From contig CM059425.1 of NCBI GenBank assembly GCA_030390025.1, forward strand, positions 174,036,001 to 174,100,000: DNA of 64,000 bases, given 5' to 3'. Below the pieces are notes generated by a model. That model had not been told where the DNA came from. It worked only from the letters and a program-made list of their open reading frames with translations, and did no database searches. Below are positions 12,797 to 23,267 of the stretch, piece after piece. Source of the stretch: Squalus acanthias. Lineage: Eukaryota. Within the stretch, counting starts at the first letter, position 1; each line of letters starts with the position of its first letter. The position numbers were made by a program, and so were the translations under genes.

Positions 12797-14086
12797 GGGC
12801 TTGAAATTAATGGGCCGGGGTGGTAGGGCATAAAGCAGATGGATTGCCAATGGGGGGTGGGGCTGACAGGAATTTAGGATGGAACTCGAATCTGTCATGT
12901 TTCTTCTCCATTTACACTCCATCCAAAATTCCAATTGGCAGTAGGAGGAGGTGGGCAAGTCTTCCTCCTGTTCCCCTTTCATCTAGGCGAAACTTTATGG
13001 CTGTGTCTAGTAGCATTTTCAGACTGAGAGCTTGTGTAGGTCCTATACTGGGCCTTAGGAAAACCCCAAGGGGGTTATTTTTGTGAAAGGGTGAAAACAG
13101 GCTCTAAATGGGTGCTATGCTAATAAGACACACCTGTTTGAAAGGCTGGTTTTAGCTCGCAATTTTGGTCCTAATTGCTGATTACCATAATTTGAACTTG
13201 CTTGGAGGCGCTAAAACAGACACCTGCAGGTTTAGCACTCAAGTGCTGATTAGACACAATTTTCGTGGAGCAGTGTTATGTGGGCTCCACACACCCACTT
13301 CCACTGAAGGTGTGGAGTGGGCTAGCTGACACACAGCGGCTGGTTTAAGGATGGCTTAGGTACCGAGTGAGAGGGCGCACACGTTCTTGGACATGGCACT
13401 GAGGGTCCTGGTAGAGGAGATCCAGAGGAGGAGGGATGTCTGTACCCGCAGGGGGGAAGCAGTCCACCTCGCCCTCTGTTCCTCTCTCCTGCAGCAGCTG
13501 GTGCTGCTCTGCCTGGCCTCATGTCCTCCTCCCATTCCTCCTGCAGACCAAGGGGGACCCCTAGCAAGATGCTGGTGACTAAGCACACCCTTTCTCCTGG
13601 TGACTCCTATATATTGTCCAATAAGGTAGAGTAGCACAACACTCACTCTTTTTAGGTGAAGTCCACAGAGAATTTCCAGAATAAATGTTGATAGAGCATC
13701 GGTGAAGTTTTGACAAAGTGTCCCAGAAAGTCTCCCGATGTATTTCAAAAGTTCTCTTCAAACCTCCAGCAGCGAGTGAACAGTAAAAGGTAATACACCT
13801 TTAAGTAGCACTCAAAATTCTCAGCAATGACTTGTTTACTCCTGTTCAGCTGGTCGCTGTTGGGAGAGTTGTTAAATGAAGCGTTATCCACCAAAATGGC
13901 GTGCAGCCTCTTTAATGAGCGCTAGCAGGCAATTTAATGGTTAATCAGCCGTTACTAGCGCTGGCTTCAACTCCTTTACCAAGATGGTTTCTTGCACTAA
14001 ACACAGGCTAAATCGGTATTGCCGCTTAAGACCCCATCTTGGCCACCTCTTTAGCACCTAAAGTATTCGGCCAAAATCGGCACCCA
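12797..14086 (-). mobile_element. Decayed, internally deleted Harbinger-derived element(s)
   Basis: Myb remnant FLDMALRVLVEEIQRRRDV on + directly abutting a transposase N-terminal remnant on -; TIR-like end AAAATCGGCACCC. Confidence 0.5.
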
Positions 14087-14581
14087 AGTCTGAGATCTAT
14101 GGTTGAGTTGGTTGAGTAAGTCACTGAAAATTATTGTCATATGAATACCTAATGTACTCCTATGAAAATCCTTAACTTTTATTTTAAATATATTAATGCA
14201 TCTGTTAAAATAGTGAGAGGAATTTGATATGATTATGTTAAGCATTTGTATGATGACATCACTCACAGTAATTTCCTACATTCATTGCTATTGTGCTATC
14301 CATTTGAGATATTTAGTTAAAAAGATCATTTGACTGCAAGTTATACGCTTTAAGTTAGTAGAAATTTGCAGTTCTGTTTTTTCAATAGTACAAGGAAGTG
14401 GGAATGAGTCCTTTTACTATTCAGGCAACAAATGTTAACAGATCGGTTTCCCTGATATTTCACATTTTTGTGTCAACACTATTGTGGAATAACATTCTAG
14501 TATTTTTATGTAAGCTTGTGTTACATATTCAATATGCTGCCTTACAGTAACTCAATAGGAATTATGTTTTTCTCTCAACAG

Positions 14582-15091
14582 GCTGCAGTAAAAGCTGTAG
14601 TGGCATCCAGTCGTCTTGGAAGTGCAAGTAGCCACACCAGCATTCAAAATAGCAGCACTGATCCCAACGACCCATCTTTCCAGCAGAATGAAGCAATACA
14701 AGATGAAAACAATCAAGATTCACAAAAAAGAGTGGAAGGTGATGTCAGCGCTGCTGATACAAACGCTGGTGATATAAGCGCTGGTGATATAAGCGCTAGT
14801 GATATAAGCGCTGGTGATGTCAGCGTTGGTGATGTCAGTGCTGGTGAAGCTAGTGCTGGTAATGTCAGCAAAGGTGATGTCAGTATATCACAAGTACAGG
14901 AAATGTCTGTCAGTACATCACAAGTACAGGAAAGGTCACAGGAAATGTCACAAGAACAGGAACATGCTGAAGAAGAATGTGTCAGGAAGGATGATGGCGA
15001 GGGTGATGCACAGGAACCGCAATGTATGCGCAGTCCGTCACAGGAATTGTATCATATACAACAAGAGAAAATAGTGGGACCTATGCCATAG
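14582..15091 (+). CDS. CAMK4: CaMKIV last coding exon (acidic C-terminal tail) to TAG stop
   Basis: Acceptor ttttctctcaacag|; AAVKAVVASSRLGSASSH matches mammalian CaMKIV and joins the previous exon in phase 0. Confidence 0.95.
   Translation, partial: AAVKAVVASSRLGSASSHTSIQNSSTDPNDPSFQQNEAIQDENNQDSQKRVEGDVSAADTNAGDISAGDISASDISAGDVSVGDVSAGEASAGNVSKGDVSISQVQEMSVSTSQVQERSQEMSQEQEHAEEECVRKDDGEGDAQEPQCMRSPSQELYHIQQEKIVGPMP
14738..14884 (+). repeat. Coding 15-bp tandem repeat (about 10 x GD[I/V]SA) in the CAMK4 tail
   Basis: GDVSA-ADTNA-GDISA-GDISA-SDISA-GDVSV-GDVSA-GEASA-GNVSK-GDVSI; unit about ggtgatataagcgct. Confidence 0.9.
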
Positions 15092-15816
15092 GTCATCTTT
15101 ATGAATACTGATATGAAACCTATCTTTACTGCACCAGTTGTTTAAAATGTATGCTGTGCATGAAAGGCCGATGATGTGGCTTAGCTTTCATGTTGGTTTA
15201 ATAATGGCTGTTAACTGATGTCCAGGTTGGTAATGATGAAAGTTCCACTGTATTTTCTTGCATGCAACTGTTTCATTAAAAGAAATCTGAATGGCTTGCA
15301 TAGTGCAGAATGTTATTTAAAGTTTAAAAATGTGTGCTCGCTATACTGCATAGCTTTCAGCAGAATTTCAGTCTATTGTCAGCTTGAGGACTTTCAGCTG
15401 AATTTATGTCTGTTTTATGTTTTACATATAAAGTTGTGTTGAAGGATATCAGTACAATGTTCTTCAAACTAGTTTCTTCTGTGAGGTATTCTATGCTTAC
15501 TTTTGTTATTAGTAATATTTAAAAGCACACACATTTTCATTGTCGTTTTGCACCATAGCTTTTCTCATTCATAGTTAATTAAAGAGGAGACTTTGGGGCA
15601 GTTCAAGCAGTTTACTCTGTTTAACTTACAAGCTGCAATGCATCACTCCATCTCCTAAGTCATTCCATAAAAACATAAGACTAAAGGTGTAAAGGAACAG
15701 AAACACTGACATTCAGTAAGTTTTCAGTGACTTAGTTCTATAGCCATCAAAGAGACAAAAGTGTTAATATGGCTTTCTCATTACTTTTAGCACCAGTTCA
15801 AATGAAATTAAATTGC

Positions 15817-16209
15817 AATAAAAATAGCATAGATCATTTGCAACAGTGTACACAGCAAACACGAGTGATGTGTGTAATGCATTTTTATATTTACTTTGAA
15901 AAAACTGGCATATTTATTTAGAGGCTTTTGCCTCAATATAGATTGTTGATAATCTTTAAGTGTTTCCAGATATATAGCATTTGCTCTCTTTCACTGTCAG
16001 AATCATTAATGTTGATGAAATTTAAGATGCAACATACTGACGGTTTCAAACTGGAAATATGTCATGAACGCTCGTCTGCATATGAAATATATTGAGTGTC
16101 TTTTTCAGTATTTGTAATAGAACAATCCAGTGAATGTTATACGGAACAATGTTATGGAACATTTTTAATAAATACTGGCATGGTGACTAGGTATTAATAT
16201 AATAATAAA
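15817..16209 (+). terminator. Candidate CAMK4 polyadenylation signals
   Basis: AATAAA at 15817, 16167 and 16204 in AT-rich unique sequence downstream of the stop. Confidence 0.5.
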
Positions 16210-16386
16210 TACAGTTAAGCTAATCAAAGACTGTTTTTGCTACCCAATTCCAACCATAGAGTTTATTTGTATTCATACTGGTGATCAGAATGTTACAATC
16301 AAATGCTATATTAATAATTAAATATAGACTGGCAATATGCCAGATGTTTATTTTATTGCATCACAGATTGGGAAATCTGTCTCTAT

Positions 16387-18830
16387 GGGGGCGATTTTCT
16401 CAGCCCTGAGGAGGCGGGTTTGGAGGCGGAAAAATCGCAAAGAATGAGTGCGGGTTTGGAACCCGCCTCTGCGCAATTTTGCTGGTGCCGGTTTTGCAGG
16501 GTGGGAAACGGTCCCACCTCCAGCAGACCAGAGAGGTTGTTAAGATGGTCGTTAAGGGCCTCTTTAATCCTATTTTGAGAGGCCATCGTTATTTTTCGAC
16601 ATTTCCAGCGTGTTCCACGACCCTCCTAAACCACGCCAGCTAAACCTGGCGGGTGGCCTCTTCACAGTTGCAGCTAACCTGGCGGGTGGCCTCTTCACAG
16701 TTGCAGCTCCACCATTAAAACAGAGCTTTCATCAGGGATTAGTTGCAGGTGGCAGAACTTTGCTTTAAAAGGTCTTTCAGCACTTTTAGCAGGCCTTCCG
16801 AACTCGGAGGTGCTGCAGCTTGAATCTATCAACTGTGGGACCTCCTTGGAAGACCCTCTCCCCGCTTGGAATGAGCGCTTCCCCAACGGAGGCATCTGCA
16901 AGCAGCATGGGAACCATTCATTTCTTTCACCATGGACATCAGATTCGGATGAGGAGCATCCACGACGGCAGCAGAACCAGGCAGCTCAGGAGCAACAGCA
17001 GCAGGAGTCCCAACCTCCTGCTCAGCCACCTGATGCTGCACAGGGCAGAAGGCACCAGCGCATCGAGGCACCTCGCCGCAGGAGATACCCCCAACAGAGG
17101 GTTTACAGACAGAGGATGAGCTACCTCAACATGACTGAGCAGCAGTGCCAAAGGAGGCTAAGACTTTCGCGAGAGGCTTGTCCAAGAAATCTGCGGACTG
17201 CTGCAGCAAGACCTGGTGCCCAGAGGAACGGGTGGACACCCCTTACCAGTGGCTGTCAAAGTCACCACCACACTCAACTTCTTTGCCTCAGGCTCCTTCC
17301 AGAGATCATCAGCAGACATCAGTGGCATCTCCCAGTCGGCCACCCACAGTTGCATCACGCAGGTTACCGATGCCCTTTTCGCAAAGGCGCACAATTACAT
17401 CCAGTTCTCAAGGGATCAAGCAAGTATAACCGCGCGTTCGGTTGGCTTTGCAAATATGGCAGGCTTGCCAATGGTGCAGGACGTCATAGACTGCACACAT
17501 GTGGCCCCTTAGGGCACCCCATCACAACCCAGCTATCTTTGTCAACCACAAGGGCTTCCACTCCCTCAACGTACAGCTGGTGTGTAACCACAAGAAGGAG
17601 TTCTTCCATGTTTGCACCAAGTTCTGTGGTAGTTGCCATGGCTCTTTCAACCTGCGGCACTCTAGTGTTCCTCCGCTTTTCAATCCGCCAAACCAACTTA
17701 ACGGATGGCTCCTTGGTGACAAAGGCTACCCCCTGAAGAAGTGGCTAATGACGCCGATCAGGAGGCCAGCTAACGAGGCTGAAGAGCGCTACAACGCCAG
17801 CCACACTTAGACCAGGTCCATCATCGAGCAAACTATTAGGTTGTTGAAGATGGGCTTCCGATGCCTTGACCGATCAGGTGGAGCCCTGCAGTATACACCA
17901 TGCAGGGTCTCCAGAATGGTCGTGGTCTGCTGTGCACTGCACAACATGGCACAGCGTCGTGGCTTGCAGCTTCCTGATGAGCAAGTGGCTCAGTTCCAGG
18001 CCTCAGATGAGGAGGAGGAGCAGGAGGAGGACCGAGCGCCGGTTTATTGACCAGCAGCTGCGGCAGCACGCGAGCACATGGCTGCCCGTGATGCAAGGGA
18101 TGCACTTATTCTGGCCAGATTTGTATAGGTTGCCCATGTTGGCACATGTCCTTGGCTCCATCTTAAGACATCATAGATAATGGACATGACTATCTGGCCT
18201 CCTTTCACTCCGGTCACCAACCTGACAACGCAAGTGTCGCAGAGCCCGCAATGTGGAGCTCCCTAAGGCGAAAGAACAGATGCCATCACGCCAACATTTT
18301 GCCATCACATCATTTTAATGCTTTCCAAAAGGGATGGCATTTCATCAATACACATAAACATTCACCCAAACTGCACACAGATCTGGAGGTTATATCCCTT
18401 GCCGGCTGGACCCACACAGCCTTGGTTTCTTTGGGAGGCCTCTTCCTCCCAGATGAGGGGAAGAGCACCTCCCTGCTAGCTCTCACCCCCTCAACCAAGA
18501 TTTCCAGCGCTTCATCCGAGAACCTTGGGAGGCCCTTGCCTTGGAATTGGACATAGTGGTTTCTCAAGATATGTTGCAGGTGGTGCAGCATTGACAGAAA
18601 TTCAGTGGAATGAGCCAAGGCAGCAAGCAGCCCTAAAATCAGACTAGAAAAGTGATGTCAGCAGAGGCGAGTTTCAGTCCCAAAACACTAATTGACTAAG
18701 GGCATCCCACACCTCTGAAAACAACTGGCCAATCAGGGGAAAATCGCAATTTTTTCAAACTTAATATCAGTGGAGGCGGGTTTGGAACCCACCCAAACCA
18801 AAACCCGCCTCCAGTGGGAAAATCGCCCCC
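16387..18830 (+). mobile_element. Harbinger transposon, internally deleted (frameshifted transposase, truncated Myb gene)
   Basis: TIRs GGGGGCGATTTT / AAAATCGCCCCC; transposase pieces [21 protein letters not shown]; Myb exon-1 remnant PRFSDEALEILVEGV on -; ~33-bp tandem duplication at ~16637-16707. Confidence 0.9.
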
Positions 18831-20578
18831 ATAATTTTCAAGTCAAAGCCTTTGTGACATTGCATAAGGAATTTTTAAGTCACAGGTTTGCAATAAAATG
18901 ACCTTGCAAAAGCATTTAACTGTAGGAGAATAGCATCCAAGCCATTCCAGATGTAAAGGGGGTAGGCAACTTGCTGGCTTAATAAAATCATATTTTTCAA
19001 AAATATCTTTTATTCTCTGGAAAAAGTTGGAAAATTCATAAGCACTTCAGCTAAAGTTACCATTAGAAAATTGTCACAAAGCAAACAGCTAAGCATACCT
19101 TAAGACTAAACATTTTGTTGCACTTTATTCCTCCTTTTCAGTAAAAAGTTGTAAACTTCTTACACTGGTGCTCCATACTTTGGAACTACAGAAGTTCCAA
19201 TTACATTGCAAGATCATTTTGCTACTTAACTGTCACACTCACTAATAGTATTGCCCCCAACTCCCACAATTTATTCCAAAACAATATTGGATAGAATATT
19301 TAGCAAGTACAGTGAAACATGTAAATTACAGATATCTTAGGGACTGGCATCAGCTATCCTTATTTTGGAGGCGTCCTTATTTTCAAAATGGTCATTGTAT
19401 GTACCCAACAATCTTGAAGAACCAGCTGAGATTATAATCAGCACCTAATCAGCAGCAAAAAATGCTAAGATTCCTGTTTCATTTCAAACTTCTCTCACTT
19501 GGAGCAGAGTGTAACTTCAGTAATTGTGTTTCTCAGTTCTACTCACCAACATTAGGGCAGTCACTGGACAAAAAAAGGGGAAATATTATGACAGGTTGTG
19601 CTGGTATATTGAAGCTTCCAAAGGCAAGTTTTAGAATGGATCGAGAACATTTGGGAGGGAAACTGCAGTTTTCTGGTTCAGCAGTGAGTCTCCAGGAAGA
19701 CTGACTAATAGCTAGGACTCACTAACCTGTCCATCACTCTATAGAGCAGCAGAGAGACAGAGTGACCCAGGACAACCATCAACCTTCACTACCCAAAGCT
19801 AAAGCTCCTCAAAGAAGCAGATCCACCAATAGAAGCCGAGGGAAAAGAGACAATGGCAGGGTCAGGTAGAGAGGAGCTGCCAGCAGTCGCAGATAGGACA
19901 GCACCTCATCATAGAGTCATAACGGCACAGAAGGAGGCCATTCAGCCCATAGAGTCCATGCCAGCTCTCTGTAGAGCAATCCAGTCAGTCCCATTCCCCC
20001 GCTCTATCCCCGTAGCCCTGCAAGTTTATTTCCCTCAAGTGCCTATCCAATCTCCCCTTGAAAACATTGAGTGTCTCCGCTTCCACCACTTCCGTCGGCA
20101 GTGAATTCCAGGTCATCAGCACTCGCTGCATAAAAAAGTTTTTCCTCACATCCCTTCTGTATCTCTTGCCCAAAACCTTAAATCTGTGTCCCCGAGTCCT
20201 TGTACCATCAACTAGTGGGAACAGCCTTTCCCCATCTAGCCTATCCAAACCCGTCATAATCTTTTACACCTCGATCAAAATCACCCCTCAACCTCCTTTG
20301 CTCTAATGAAAACAAATCCAGCTTCTCCAACCTGTCCTTGTAGCTAAGATCCCCCATCCCCAGAACCATTCTGGTAAATCTCCTCTGCACCCTCTCAAGT
20401 GCCTTCACATCTTTCCTAAAGTGTGGTGACCAGAACTGGACGCAATACTCCAATTGTGGCTTAACCAGCACTTTATAAAGGTTCAGCATAACTTCTCTAC
20501 TTTTGAACTCAATATCTCTATTTATGAAAATGAGAAGTCGCACAACACCAGGTTATAGTCCAACAGTTTTATTTGAAA

Positions 20579-20615
20579 TTACGAGCTTTCGGAGCGCTGC
20601 TCCTTCGTCAGGTAA
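20579..20615 (-). ncRNA. Minimal type I hammerhead ribozyme motif (left arm, minus strand)
   Basis: Exact reverse complement of the 20815-20851 motif. Confidence 0.7.
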
Positions 20616-20814
20616 AGTGAGGGAATACAAATCAGTTACAAAGCATATATAGACAGAGAACAATGTGTCTGCAGAGATACAATCCGTCAGGGAGGCATTA
20701 CATCAAAGACACAGCAGAATACAGCTAATACATGCCTCCCTGACGGATTGTATCTCTGCAGACACATTGTTCTCTGTCTATATATGCTTTGTAACTGATT
20801 TGTATTCCCTCACT

Positions 20815-20851
20815 TTACCTGACGAAGGAGCAGCGCTCCGAAAGCTCGTAA
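20815..20851 (+). ncRNA. Minimal type I hammerhead ribozyme motif (right arm)
   Basis: UUAC-CUGACGA-A-GGAGC-agc-GCUCC-GAAA-GCUC-GUAA: stem I UUAC/GUAA, conserved CUGAnGA and GAAA, 5-bp stem II, loopless palindromic stem III (AGCU), predicted cleavage after CUC. Confidence 0.72.
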
Positions 20852-21574
20852 TTTCAAATAAAACTGTTGGACTATAACCTGGTGTTGTGCGACTTCTCAT
20901 TTTTGTCCACCCCAGTCCAACACCGGCATCTCTGCATCATGGCCTCTATTTATGAAGCCCAAGATCCCATATGTTTTGTTAACCACTCTCTCAATATGTT
21001 CAGCCAGCTTTCAATGTTTGCATACGCCTTCCTTGATTCGGGAGACAGTGCATGCAGATCAGTGCGAGACCGCAACAGATTTTGTGAAACGGCATTTGTC
21101 AAATGGAGAGTTCTTTACCCAGCATCCATTGCAGAAGATAAACTGCTCTATCCCTGAGATAGAGCCGTTCAAGGATTACATCCCAGAGAGAGAGCAGTTT
21201 CTCTGCCACTATGAATGCTGGGAAAAGAGCTCCCCATTCCACAGAAGCTGTTTCTTTCACAAAACCCGCTGCCGCCTCACACTAATCTGCCTGTCCCGTG
21301 TTTTAAATTGTAAACGGGCTTAGTGCATTAGAGGCTGTCCGTAGTCGCAATTTGCGAGCATGCGTGGTTTCAGAGTGCCTCTTGTATATTTTACCATGCA
21401 AGTTATTTGAGTCTCTCAATCCTGCCCATTTTTTGGAAGTGTCTATTTATACAGGTTTCACTGTACATTATATATCTAAATAAATTGAACAGTACAAATA
21501 AATCAGTCGCATATAACTTTATATTGGAACTTCTCAACTCAGTCTCTTCATTTGATGAAATAAGATGGTAAAAA

Positions 21575-23265
21575 GCATAAGAACATGAGAACATAAGAAG
21601 TAGGAGCAGGAGGAGGCCATTCGGCCCCTCGAGCCTGCTCCGCCATTCAATAAGATCACGGCTGATCATCAACCTCAACTCCACTTTCCTGCACTATCCC
21701 CATATCCGTTGATTCCCTTAATATTCAAAAATCTATCGATCTCTGACTTGAATATACTCAACGACTGAGCCTCCACAACCCTCTGGGGTAGAGAATTCCA
21801 AAGATTCACCACCCTCTAAGTGAAGAAATTTCTCCTCATCTCAGTCCTAAATGGCCGACCCCTTATTCTGAGACTGTGACCCCTGGTTCTAGACTCCCCA
21901 GCCAGGGGAAACATCCTCCCTGCATCTACCCTGTCAACATTTTGTATGTTTCAATGAGATCACCTCTCATTCTTCTAAACTCTAGAGAATATAGGCCTAG
22001 TCTACTCAATCTCTCCTCATAGGACAATCCCCCATCTCAGGAATCAGTCTGGTGAACCTTTGTTGCACTCCATCTATGGCAAGTATATCCTCCCATAGGT
22101 AAGGAGACCAAAACTGTACACAATACTCCAGGTGTGGTCTCACCAGGGCCCTATATAATTGCAGTAAGACATCTTTACTCTTATACTCAAATCTTCTTGT
22201 AATAAAGGCCAACATACAATTTGTTTTCTTAACTGCTTGCTGTACCAGCGTGTTAACTTTCAGTGATTCGTGTACAAGGACACCCAGGTCCCTCTGAACA
22301 CCAACATTTCCCAATCTCTCACCATTTAAAAAATACTCTGCTTTTCTATTTTCCCTACCAAAGTGGATAACTTCACATTTCTCCACATTATATTCCATTT
22401 GCATGTTCTTGCCCACTCACTTAGCCTGTCTATATCCCCTTGAAGCCTCTTTGCATCCTCCTCACAACTTACATTCCCACCTAGCTTTGTATCATCAGCA
22501 AACTTGGATAGATTACATTTGGTCCCCTCATCCAAATCATTGATATAGATTGTGAATAGCTGAGGCCCAAGCACTGATCCTTGCGGTACCCCACTAGTTA
22601 CAGCCTGCCAACCCAAAAATGACCCATTTATTCCTACTCTGTTTTCTGTCCATTAAACAATCCTTAACCTATGCTAGTATATTACCCCCAATCCCATGAG
22701 CCCTAATTTTGTTTAATAACCTCTTGTGCGGCACCTTATCAAATGCCTTCTGAAAATCCAAATACACCACATCCACTGGTTCTCCCTTATCTATTCTGCT
22801 AGTTATAACCTCAAAAAACTCTTAACAGATTCATCAAACATGATTTCCCTTTCATAAATCCGTGTTGACTCTGCCCAATCCTATTATTATTTTCTAAGTG
22901 CCCTGTTACCACATCCTTAATAATAGATTCTAGCATTTTCCCTACTACTGATGTCAGGCTAACTGGTCTGTAGTTCCCCGTTTTCTCTCTCCCTCCTTTC
23001 TTAAATAGTGGGGTTACATTTGCTACCTTTCATTCCGCAGGAACCGTTCTTGAATCAATGGAATTTTGGAAGATGACAACCAAGGCATCCACTATCTCTA
23101 TAGCCACCTTTTTCAAAACCCTAGGATATAGGCCATCAGGTCCAGGAGATTTATCGGCTTTCAGTCCCATTAATATCTCCAGTATTTTTTTTATTAATAC
23201 TCATTTCTTTCAGTTCCTCATTCTCGCTGGACCCTTGTTTCTCCACTATTTCCGTGAGGTTTTTT
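21575..23265 (-). mobile_element. CR1 LINE, 5'-truncated and frameshifted
   Basis: [31 protein letters not shown] and the CR1 3' UTR/tail at 21575-21700. Confidence 0.92.
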
Positions 23266-23267
23266 GT

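Larger units (their letters stand above)
20527..20943. mobile_element. Penelope-like element pseudo-LTR insertion as a perfect inverted repeat
   Basis: Arms 20527-20698 and 20732-20903 (172 bp each, 33-bp loop); direct repeat CTCTATTTATG at 20516-20526 and 20944-20954; each arm carries a hammerhead motif and AATAAA. Confidence 0.8.
19909..21008 (-). mobile_element. CR1 LINE 3' part, interrupted by a Penelope-like insert
   Basis: ORFs 19985..20257 and 20241..20543 are the CR1 ORF2 C-terminus; the sequence resumes after 20943. Confidence 0.9.
19310..21463. mobile_element. Possible old pogo/Tigger-like non-autonomous element hosting later insertions
   Basis: TA|CAGTGAAACATGTA ... TACAGGTTTCACTG|TA imperfect TIRs with TA flanks; left end has repeated TCCTTATTTT subterminal motifs. 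Confidence 0.4.

Noticed and set aside
14516..14581. In-frame upstream extension of the last CAMK4 exon ORF (possible stand-alone protein)
   Set aside because: It is the polypyrimidine tract and acceptor region; homology starts at AAVK after the AG
16810..17736. 308-aa ORF as a novel or domesticated HARBI1 gene
   Set aside because: It shifts out of the transposase frame at ~17180 and lies between TIRs; a decayed transposon, not a host gene
20952..21323. 123-aa ORF of unknown function
   Set aside because: Begins in antisense CR1 sequence and has no recognisable motif or splice support; probably internal sequence of an old repeat
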